Positions 1 through 6,600 of a DNA stretch of 6,912 bases are shown in pieces; within the stretch, counting starts at the first letter, position 1; each line of letters opens with the position of its first letter. Where the stretch lies: assembly GCA_038826135.1 (NCBI GenBank), contig JAWBON010000061.1, positions 1 to 6,912 on the forward strand, in the 5' to 3' direction. This DNA is from Candidatus Odinarchaeota archaeon. GTDB lineage: Archaea > Asgardarchaeota > Odinarchaeia > Odinarchaeales > Odinarchaeaceae. A model generated the notes under the pieces. It saw only the letters and a list, made by a program, of their open reading frames with translations. It ran no database searches and was not told the DNA's origin. The translations under genes and the position numbers were made by a program.

Positions 1-2
1 CG

Positions 3-467
3 GTTAAAAAAGACGGTAGCATAGATGAAAAACATAAAATTACCAGTAGAATCAACTCCGGGAGAGCTGTAATCATAGCTGAAAAAGCGAATGGGGAAAA
101 AATCACACTCAGCCAAGAAGATATAAGAGAATTCCAGAAAGCGAAAGCAGCTATCCAAGCAGGATACACTACACTACTTAAATACACTAACACTCAAATA
201 GAACAGATTGAAGAGGTTATAATCGCAGGATCCTTCGGATTACATATAAACCTTGATAGCGGTCGAAGACTTGGCATAATCCCCCAGGTTGAGGATTATA
301 AAGTAAAATATCTAGGTAACCTCGCAGGTGCAGGTGCTAGAGTTTTATTAAAAAACATTGAAACACGAAAAATATGTGAAAAAATAGCGGGCAGTATAGA
401 ATATGTTGAACTTGGACAGCTTAAATTTTTCCAAGACACTTGGATAAACTCACTATATTTAAGTTGA
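3..467 (+). CDS. C-terminal part of ASKHA-domain / RACo-like (DUF4445) corrinoid reductive activator family protein; 5'-truncated by window edge, not in ORF track
   Basis: Manual translation of frame +3 is open from 3 to TGA 465-467: VKKDGSIDEK...ITLSQEDIREFQKAKAAIQAGYTTLL...VIIAGSFGLHINLDSGRRLGIIPQ...VKYLGNLAGAGARVLL...IAGSIEYVELGQLKFFQDTWINSLYLS*. Motifs DIRxxQxAKAAIxAG, AGxFG, GxxP, GNxAxxGA and IxYVEL are characteristic of the RACo C-terminal region. Confidence 0.88.
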   Translation, partial: VKKDGSIDEKHKITSRINSGRAVIIAEKANGEKITLSQEDIREFQKAKAAIQAGYTTLLKYTNTQIEQIEEVIIAGSFGLHINLDSGRRLGIIPQVEDYKVKYLGNLAGAGARVLLKNIETRKICEKIAGSIEYVELGQLKFFQDTWINSLYLS

Positions 468-494
468 AAAATTTAAAAATAAATTCTATAAATC

Positions 495-502
495 TTATAA
501 AA
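495..502 (+). promoter_or_regulatory. Putative archaeal TATA box for the ubiquitin-like gene (leaderless transcript)
   Basis: TTATAAAA ends 24 nt before ATG 527. No SD motif precedes that ATG. Confidence 0.45.
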
Positions 503-526
503 ACTACTTATATAACATTAATAGAG

Positions 527-817
527 ATGGTGGTCAGTATTAGAGTTAAACTTTTCTTCTTCGCATCTATTAGAGAGATGGTTGGAAGAAGTGAACTAGA
601 TATTTCAGCAGCCGGTAACAAGCTTACAGTAAAAGAATTATTAGAGTTGATAAATCACATCAGCTTTGCAGATAAGAGAAAAATATTTGAAGAAATAGTT
701 CAGAGACGAATTAAACTAATAATTAACGGAAAAACGGTAAATAATATTCAAGTAGATAAGATTTACCTAGAAGACGGGGACCAGCTTGTATTTCTACCAC
801 CATTCGGGGGAGGCTGA
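527..817 (+). CDS. MoaD/ThiS/Urm1/SAMP-family ubiquitin-like (beta-grasp) protein, 96 aa, C-terminal Gly-Gly
   Basis: MVVSIRVKLFFFASIREMVGRSELDI...KLIINGK...LEDGDQLVFLPPFGGG*. It has the MoaD/SAMP1-type FAxxRExxG N-terminus and the LxDGDxxxxxPPxxGG C-terminus. ATG 527 is preferred over the track's TTG 440, which overlaps the upstream gene and the AT-rich spacer. Confidence 0.9.
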   Translation: MVVSIRVKLFFFASIREMVGRSELDISAAGNKLTVKELLELINHISFADKRKIFEEIVQRRIKLIINGKTVNNIQVDKIYLEDGDQLVFLPPFGGG

Positions 818-819
818 AG

Positions 820-2421
820 TTAATTGAAATCTTTACACATATATGGGCCTAAAAGAGTATAACCCAGCCTTCTATAGTATTCTCTAACACCTAAACCGCT
901 GGTTACTAATATTCTACTACAATCTAACACATCCCTAGCTAAAAGTTCAGCCTCAGCGATTAAAGCTCTACCGTAACCTTTATGCTGCCAACCGTAGGCA
1001 GGCAGAACACCCACCTCCAACTCCGGTCCGAATACGTGCAACTCTCTTATAACAGCGGTCTTACACTCATTAATCTCTCTTCTATGAGATTTCTCGGATG
1101 GAAGCCGCATCCTCAAAAACCCTATTAAAATATCTTCAACAACATCCTCATAGGATATGAAAATTTCAAGCCCATCCGAAGCCTCATATGATTGGATCTT
1201 TAGGTTTATTTGATCAGGTTTCGGAGACTTACCGTAACGAGCTTGCTGATGACCCACCTCCCTGTATCTTATCTCCCTAGTTTTAATCTTAAACTCATCA
1301 ATTCTATCAAGTATAAGAGTTCTAAGATCACTCTTCCTATTACCAGCGATGATTAGATTAGCGGGAATATCCCTCTGAAATCTTTGAATTCTTATCCAGG
1401 GTGGAATCTCCCCCATAACTTTAACTAAAAGTTCAATAAGCTCTTCAGTACTGTAAGGTTGATACTGGTTATTCTTCCAAAGATTGTGAAGTTCAGTGCC
1501 CTCCAAGACCAAGCAAGGATAGATTTTCAACATGTCTGGTTTAAAACAATTATTTTCAAATATCTCCTTAAACATTTTTAAATCTCTTTCAAAATTCATT
1601 CCCGGTAAACCAGGCATTATATGGTAGCAGACCTTCAACCCAGCGTCTTTAGCGATTCTAGTAGCCTCTATAACATCTTCCACAACATGTCCTCTTCTAA
1701 TAACATTATATATGTCATCATAGATAGCTTGCACTCCTATTTCAACACGTGTAGCTCCAAGCTCCAGCATTCGATCCACATGCTCAGCTTTGCAAAAGTC
1801 TGGTCTTGTTTCAAAAGTTATCCCCACATTTCTAACAGTGGATCGTTCAGCAGCCAATTTAGCTTCAGTGAAATTCTTAGATTTGCTTTCAGTCAATGCG
1901 TCAAGACAGCTCTTTATAAAATCAATCTGATATGATAACTCTCTTGCAGGGAATGTTCCACCCATGATGATAAGTTCAACTTTATTAACCGGGTGTCCTA
2001 TTTTCCGAAGCTGGTTCAATCTCGATTGAACTTGCATATACGGGTCGAAGCTATTTTGTGCACCTCGAAGCGCAGCCGGCTCCTTACCAGTATAGCTTTG
2101 AGGTGAATTTGTACTAGGCCCCCCCGGGCAGTATATGCAACGTCCATGCGGGCATTCTGCAGGAGAAGACATAACAGCTATTACGGAGACCCCTGAAATT
2201 GACCTCGATGGTTTTTTAAGGAGAATTCTTCTTAAAAGAACTCTCTGCTTTAAATCACCTGCGGATAGAAGCATCGAATTAGACGGTACATATGTTAGCT
2301 GATATTTCTCACAGACCTGTCGTTTTATATTTTCAACCGCTTTTTTATCTATGTCTCCCGCTTTCATAATTTTCTCCAGTATTTCCTCGCAGGCTGCAGC
2401 GAAAATATTCAAAACATCCAC
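820..2421 (-). CDS. elp3: Elp3, tRNA uridine(34) acetyltransferase (radical SAM + KAT/GNAT domains)
   Basis: KPSRSISGVSVIAVM, radical SAM motif CPHGRCIYCPGG, GGTF, ETRPD, ELGxTRVEIGVQ, KIYPCLV, RELHVFG and acetyl-CoA motif QHKGYGRALI...GVREYYRRLGY. Start is GTG. Confidence 0.97.
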   Translation of the reverse strand: MDVLNIFAAACEEILEKIMKAGDIDKKAVENIKRQVCEKYQLTYVPSNSMLLSAGDLKQRVLLRRILLKKPSRSISGVSVIAVMSSPAECPHGRCIYCPGGPSTNSPQSYTGKEPAALRGAQNSFDPYMQVQSRLNQLRKIGHPVNKVELIIMGGTFPARELSYQIDFIKSCLDALTESKSKNFTEAKLAAERSTVRNVGITFETRPDFCKAEHVDRMLELGATRVEIGVQAIYDDIYNVIRRGHVVEDVIEATRIAKDAGLKVCYHIMPGLPGMNFERDLKMFKEIFENNCFKPDMLKIYPCLVLEGTELHNLWKNNQYQPYSTEELIELLVKVMGEIPPWIRIQRFQRDIPANLIIAGNRKSDLRTLILDRIDEFKIKTREIRYREVGHQQARYGKSPKPDQINLKIQSYEASDGLEIFISYEDVVEDILIGFLRMRLPSEKSHRREINECKTAVIRELHVFGPELEVGVLPAYGWQHKGYGRALIAEAELLARDVLDCSRILVTSGLGVREYYRRLGYTLLGPYMCKDFN

Positions 2422-2512
2422 CTAACTTGTATAAAATATTAATTTGAAAATTAAAAGCAGTTAACTACAGGTTATTATTTTAAACATAAATTAGTAAAAC
2501 ACCATAAGATAT

Positions 2513-2674
2513 TCAAGCTTTTTGACCGGGTTGTATATTATTCACTACCCGTTTCACATAGTTTACCCTATTTCTTCTTCTTGGAATAGGTGTAGGAACA
2601 ACCTTAGCTTGAACTTTCGGTGTCTGCGATCTTACTTTACCGGCTTTAGTCAGTGAGCCGTGAGAACCGGGCAT
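2513..2674 (-). CDS. rps30e: 30S ribosomal protein eS30 (S30e), 53 aa; absent from the ORF track
   Basis: Manual translation: [70 protein letters not shown] is the eS30 signature. A strong SD (GGAGGTG, 2681-2687) lies 6 nt upstream. Confidence 0.96.
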   Translation of the reverse strand: MPGSHGSLTKAGKVRSQTPKVQAKVVPTPIPRRRNRVNYVKRVVNNIQPGQKA

Positions 2675-2723
2675 TAAATACACCTCCACAATGTTGAAAT
2701 CAACAATTAAATCATTATTTAAA

Positions 2724-2738
2724 CTTATATATTTTTCC
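2724..2738 (-). promoter_or_regulatory. Putative BRE-TATA promoter of rps30e
   Basis: Minus strand reads GGAAAAA-TATATAAG (purine-rich BRE followed by TATA). Predicted TSS is ~2701, upstream of the SD at 2681-2687. Confidence 0.55.
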
Positions 2739-2781
2739 TAAGCTTATATTAGTTGACGGGCTTAGCTGACAGTTTTAAATC

Positions 2782-3090
2782 TTAAATAATCTCTATTTCA
2801 ATATAAACGTTATTAGGAACCCTTATACGCATTATCTGGCGCATTGTACGCTCATCTGAATCTATATCGATAAGTCTTTTATGAATTCTCATCTCCCATG
2901 TCTCCCAGGTATGCGAACCTTGGCCGCAGGGTGTTTTCCTAACCGGAACCTTTAATCTCTTTGTAGGCAAGGGTATAGGTCCAGCTACATTAACACCCGT
3001 CCTCTGAGTTATAGCCTTAACCTGTGCGCAAATATTTTCAAGAGTTTTTTGATCAGTACTACTTAATCTAATACGAGCCTTTTGCGGCAT
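2782..3090 (-). CDS. rps10: 30S ribosomal protein uS10
   Basis: [47 protein letters not shown] is the archaeal/eukaryotic uS10 signature. SD GAGGAG at 3100-3105. Confidence 0.98.
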   Translation of the reverse strand: MPQKARIRLSSTDQKTLENICAQVKAITQRTGVNVAGPIPLPTKRLKVPVRKTPCGQGSHTWETWEMRIHKRLIDIDSDERTMRQIMRIRVPNNVYIEIEII

Positions 3091-3137
3091 ACTACAAGTC
3101 TCCTCTTAATTCAGCAGTAGTGAAATAGAATAACTCT

Positions 3138-3145
3138 CTTTTAAA
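3138..3145 (-). promoter_or_regulatory. Putative TATA box of rps10 (own promoter)
   Basis: Minus strand TTTAAAAG preceded by A-rich CATAAAA. Predicted TSS is ~3115, upstream of the SD at 3100-3105. Confidence 0.4.
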
Positions 3146-3211
3146 TTTTATGATATACAATTATCTTATTGCGATTAGGGGATTTTTAACCTCATAATTA
3201 TGTTAAGATAA

Positions 3212-3862
3212 CTATTCAAGTTGGCGCTCACTTAAATATATTTCTTGGTTAGAAGAGAATTTTTCGTATTTAAGCTTACGGCTTAAATGGTGGTTTTCTA
3301 AATCAAATCCTGATATCAAGATCCTCCTCCAATATCTTACTCTTTCATCCACGTTTATTCTACTACCGATACAAATCATTATGAAACCTATCAGAGAGAG
3401 ATACAGATAAGCCCATGGAATTTTGAAACTGTTTATTTGAAAATACCCTGTTGGAAGAGCGGGTTCAACGTAGTACCCGTAGTGCGGGTCCAAGTATGGT
3501 ATGCCAGCCACAGAGCCGCAAACACCGGTCGCTGTATTAAATAACCCTGCGAAAGCTACAGCTAGAAAGTCTTCCAGCATGAATCCCGCCGTCACAATCC
3601 CGCCTAAAATAAGACTCAGCCGGATAAACCTCTCTTTAATCACGCCAACATCCCTGTCAAAGTGTTTTGCAGCTGTGAAAACAATTATAGAAATAGCTGT
3701 AAAATGTGAGAATACTAAGATCGCCCAGTATTCAGCTCCGTAAGCCCATTTAACAGAGCTTTCAAACCTAGCGTATATTAACATCCATAATATGTAGGCG
3801 AATAGAAATGTTAAAAAGAATTTTCTCTCCTTCTCATTCACGCGGCTTAAAGACACACCCAA
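3212..3862 (-). CDS. Hypothetical integral membrane protein, ~4 TM helices, 216 aa
   Basis: Hydrophobic stretches at aa ~15-33, 46-65, 82-108 and 149-167. TTG start with SD-like GGTGG at 3869-3873. An alternative GTG start exists at 3841. No family recognised. Confidence 0.8.
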   Translation of the reverse strand: MGVSLSRVNEKERKFFLTFLFAYILWMLIYARFESSVKWAYGAEYWAILVFSHFTAISIIVFTAAKHFDRDVGVIKERFIRLSLILGGIVTAGFMLEDFLAVAFAGLFNTATGVCGSVAGIPYLDPHYGYYVEPALPTGYFQINSFKIPWAYLYLSLIGFIMICIGSRINVDERVRYWRRILISGFDLENHHLSRKLKYEKFSSNQEIYLSERQLE

Positions 3863-3894
3863 AGTTAACCACCAAGATAGACTATAATAGTAGT

Positions 3895-3903
3895 GTTTAA
3901 AAG
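3895..3903. promoter_or_regulatory. Putative shared TATA element of the divergent membrane protein / ATP-grasp genes
   Basis: GTTTAAAAG reads TTTAAAAG on + (TSS ~3926, SD AGGTG at 3933-3937, TTG at 3945) and TTTTAAAC on - (TSS ~3872). It lies in an 82-nt divergent spacer. Confidence 0.4.
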
Positions 3904-3944
3904 CTTTAAGCTTTGATATTAGAATCTGGGGTAGGTGGGTTATT

Positions 3945-5084
3945 TTGAAGACTGGATTATTATTTGATCACCTAGATGTTGAAGAGGAGCTTTTCCTCAA
4001 AGCGAACCGTAATATAGAGAAAATTAATTCAGGCGAGATAATTTTAGGGTTAAAAAAGAACATCGAATACGATATAGTCGTCAACAGGATAGAGTCTAAA
4101 CACCGGCGGATGAGATTTACAAAAACTCTTGAAGCATATGGATGCAAGGTTATTAACCGCTCCAGTGTTGAAGAGGTGTGTAACAGTAAGTTTGAGACTA
4201 AGATTGCTTTAACCCTTCAAAGCGTCCCCACTGTTAACGCTGTTTTTAAACCAGGGTTTCCTTTTAAAAAGAAGGGAGATAAATACGTTAAGCAATTAAC
4301 TGAATTAAAGAGATTGAAGAATATTGTGAAATCGCTCAAACCATGCATTATTAAACCTGATCTTGGAAGCAGAGGGAAATCAATAATTTTTATAAATGAT
4401 GAGGACGAGATTGAACAGAAAATTAACTTATATGAGAAAACTCAGGCGATACCGGAGGCTTTTAAACCAACTCTAGTATCCCCTGATGGGATGCTTTTAG
4501 AAGGTTATCAGCCGCACGCTCTTGACTTAAGAGTTGTTGTTTATAAACCTTTTAAAAAAGATTTGAAGGTTTTCGGCAGCCTTATTAGAGCCGCTCCAAG
4601 CGAGAGTGTAATCGCTAAGAATACTTCTTTAGGAGGGGTCCCAATAGGTGTCGAAACACCTTCCGAAGTAAACGAACTTGTAGTTAACTGTGTGAAAGCA
4701 CTTGAAAAATATATAGAGATAGTTTACGGTCAGGAACCGGAATATTATCTTTTAGGCGTTGATGTTCTACCAGCTAACCGGGACCTTAATGAGAGAAATG
4801 AGGTTTACGATAGTGTGAGAAAACTTAAAAAATATATTGAAACTCTGAATAAGGCTAAAAAAACAGGCATTATAGCTGAAATTGATAAAGTATTCCAAGA
4901 ATATAAAAACAGTGCGGAGTATATTGAAGCTCGAAAAAAATGTTTAAAATACCTCGAACACAGTCAACTGTTTATAACCGAGGTAAACACTACCCCTGAT
5001 TTTGGCGTGAATACGAGGAATCTTGTAGGCGATCTCACTGAATGCTATAATGAAATAATACTCTCGTTATCATTAAATAAATAG
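3945..5084 (+). CDS. RimK/LysX-family ATP-grasp ligase with a large internal insertion; substrate unknown
   Basis: N-terminus MKTGLLFDHLDVEEELFLKA resembles LysX. Further motifs: DIVVNR, VINRxxVxEVCxSK, IIKPDLGSRG, LLEGY, DLRVVV, NTSLGG, GVDVLPANR (RimK GVDILRANR) and EVNTTP. TTG start with SD AGGTG. Confidence 0.88.
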   Translation: MKTGLLFDHLDVEEELFLKANRNIEKINSGEIILGLKKNIEYDIVVNRIESKHRRMRFTKTLEAYGCKVINRSSVEEVCNSKFETKIALTLQSVPTVNAVFKPGFPFKKKGDKYVKQLTELKRLKNIVKSLKPCIIKPDLGSRGKSIIFINDEDEIEQKINLYEKTQAIPEAFKPTLVSPDGMLLEGYQPHALDLRVVVYKPFKKDLKVFGSLIRAAPSESVIAKNTSLGGVPIGVETPSEVNELVVNCVKALEKYIEIVYGQEPEYYLLGVDVLPANRDLNERNEVYDSVRKLKKYIETLNKAKKTGIIAEIDKVFQEYKNSAEYIEARKKCLKYLEHSQLFITEVNTTPDFGVNTRNLVGDLTECYNEIILSLSLNK

Positions 5085-5101
5085 GCTAAAATTATTAAAA
5101 T

Positions 5102-5109
5102 AAAAAAAA
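5102..5109 (-). terminator. Oligo-T intrinsic terminator downstream of tuf
   Basis: T8 on the minus strand starts 4 nt after the tuf stop, followed by further T-runs. This is the archaeal oligo-U terminator type. Confidence 0.6.
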
Positions 5110-5113
5110 GGGT

Positions 5114-6415
5114 TTACTTCTTAGGAACTAGCTCTTCAACCATGCCGACTGCAACTGTTGTACCCATATCTCTGACTGCAAACCGTCCTAGTTGAGGTAT
5201 ATCTCTAAGTCTTTCAATAACTAAAGGCCGTATAGGAATCATTCTAACTATAACGCCTTCCCCTTTCTTTACGAAATCCGGTTTCTCCTGGATGACTGCA
5301 CCTGTCTTAGGGTCGAATTTACTGATTAACTCTTCGAATTTGCAAGCTACCTGCGCTGTATGCGCGTGAATAACAGGAGTGTAGCCTGCAGCTATAGCTG
5401 TAGGATGGTTAAGCACTAAAACTCTGGCTTTAAATTCCTGAACCACTGTCGGCGGGGTTTCAACATGCCCGCAAACATCTCCTCGTTTAACATCTCCTTT
5501 AGCAATTCCTCTAACATTAAAGCCTATGTTGTCCCCAGGTTCAGCTTTCTCTAACCGCTCGTGGTGCATTTCAATCGTCTTAACATCGCCGGTTTTACCT
5601 GCTGGTTGAAATATTACTTTATCACCCACTTTTAATACACCGGTTTCAACTCTTCCGCATGGCACGGTGCCTACACCTGTGATTGTGAAAGCTGTCTCGA
5701 TGGGTATTCTTAAAGGTAGATTAACCGGTTTCTCAGGTAGCTTCAATGTATCAAACGCTTCTATTAAAGTCGGACCCTTGTACCATGCCATCTTCGGACT
5801 AGGCTTTGTTAAATTATCACCAGTCCAAGCGGATACCGGCACGAATAAAATCTCTTTATCAGCATTCGGGTAAAGTGGTTTAAGAAGATCTATCACTGCT
5901 TGCTTAACCTGATTGTAACGTTCCTGGCTCCAATTGGTTGAGGGATCATCCATTTTATTAACAGCTACAACCAGTTGATTTACACCAAGGGTTTTAGCTA
6001 GATATGCGTGTTCACGCGTCTGACCGCCTAAGCTTATACCTGCCTCGAATTCTCCTTTCCTAGATGATACGACTAGTAGCGCTGCGTCAGCTTGGCTGGC
6101 GCCGGTAATCATATTTTTTACGAAGTCTCTGTGGCCTGGAGCATCGATTATCGTGAAATCATATTTAGGTGTAGTGAACTTCTGATAGAATAGATCTATG
6201 GTGATTCCACGCTCACGCTCCTCCTTCAGCCTGTCCATTATGAACGCGTATTTAAAGCTACCCTTCTCCATCTGCTCAGCCATAGCTTCTATTTTACGCA
6301 TTTCAGCGTCGCTTATAGAGCCAGTAGCATACAGAATATGGCCCATTAGCGTGCTTTTCCCAGCATCGATGTGACCTATAACAACTAGGTTAAGATGGGG
6401 TTTCTTTTCAGGCAT
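5114..6415 (-). CDS. tuf: Translation elongation factor EF-1alpha (archaeal aEF1A)
   Basis: G1 GHIDAGKST, ERERGITI, G3 DAPGHRDFVKNMITGASQAD, G4 NKMD, domain II GTVPCGRVETG/EMHH/PGDNIGFNV and domain III LGRFAVRDMG. SD GGAGGG at 6426-6431. Confidence 0.98.
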   Translation of the reverse strand: MPEKKPHLNLVVIGHIDAGKSTLMGHILYATGSISDAEMRKIEAMAEQMEKGSFKYAFIMDRLKEERERGITIDLFYQKFTTPKYDFTIIDAPGHRDFVKNMITGASQADAALLVVSSRKGEFEAGISLGGQTREHAYLAKTLGVNQLVVAVNKMDDPSTNWSQERYNQVKQAVIDLLKPLYPNADKEILFVPVSAWTGDNLTKPSPKMAWYKGPTLIEAFDTLKLPEKPVNLPLRIPIETAFTITGVGTVPCGRVETGVLKVGDKVIFQPAGKTGDVKTIEMHHERLEKAEPGDNIGFNVRGIAKGDVKRGDVCGHVETPPTVVQEFKARVLVLNHPTAIAAGYTPVIHAHTAQVACKFEELISKFDPKTGAVIQEKPDFVKKGEGVIVRMIPIRPLVIERLRDIPQLGRFAVRDMGTTVAVGMVEELVPKK

Positions 6416-6459
6416 CTAATAATTTCCCTCCAGCTTATTATCATACTGATATTTTATTA

Positions 6460-6467
6460 ATTTATAA
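6460..6467 (-). promoter_or_regulatory. Putative proximal TATA box of tuf
   Basis: Minus strand TTATAAAT. Predicted TSS is ~6437, just upstream of the SD at 6426-6431. Confidence 0.45.
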
Positions 6468-6600
6468 TCCACTCTTTTATTTAGGAATTTACAATGTTTA
6501 TACTATAATTGATTTCTACATCAATATTTGTTGATTAGAGTGGTGGGGTTACACTTCTATTTTTCGAGCACCCCGCTTATATTGTTAGGATACAAGCAAA

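Noticed and set aside
440-526. 29-aa N-terminal extension of the UBL from TTG 440
   Set aside because: Overlaps the upstream gene's end and an AT-rich spacer containing TATA boxes; the beta-grasp homology starts at ATG 527.
1621-1935. 104-aa + strand ORF in the track
   Set aside because: Fully antisense to the conserved radical SAM domain of elp3; Ser-rich shadow composition and no recognisable motif.
2738-2765. Inverted repeat CTAAGC...GCTTAG after rps10
   Set aside because: Only 6 bp with a 16-nt loop and no oligo-U tail; too weak to call a terminator.
2688-2781. tRNA-Ser gene often found after rps10
   Set aside because: No cloverleaf or TTCGAATC-like T-loop is present in this spacer.
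3501-3743. 80-aa + strand ORF in the track
   Set aside because: Antisense to the longer membrane-protein ORF, which has an SD and a coherent TM pattern.
4770-4967. Possible intein in the ATP-grasp gene
   Set aside because: No Cys/Ser start, no His-Asn end and no HINT blocks; much shorter than minimal inteins.
5667-5873. 68-aa + strand ORF in the track
   Set aside because: Antisense shadow inside tuf.
6509-6535. TTGATTTCTACAT resembling TTGATTTCAACAT in the rps30e leader, plus the ATCAA...TTGAT inverted repeat
   Set aside because: A 12/13 match between AT-rich spacers is expected by chance, and the positions relative to promoters differ.
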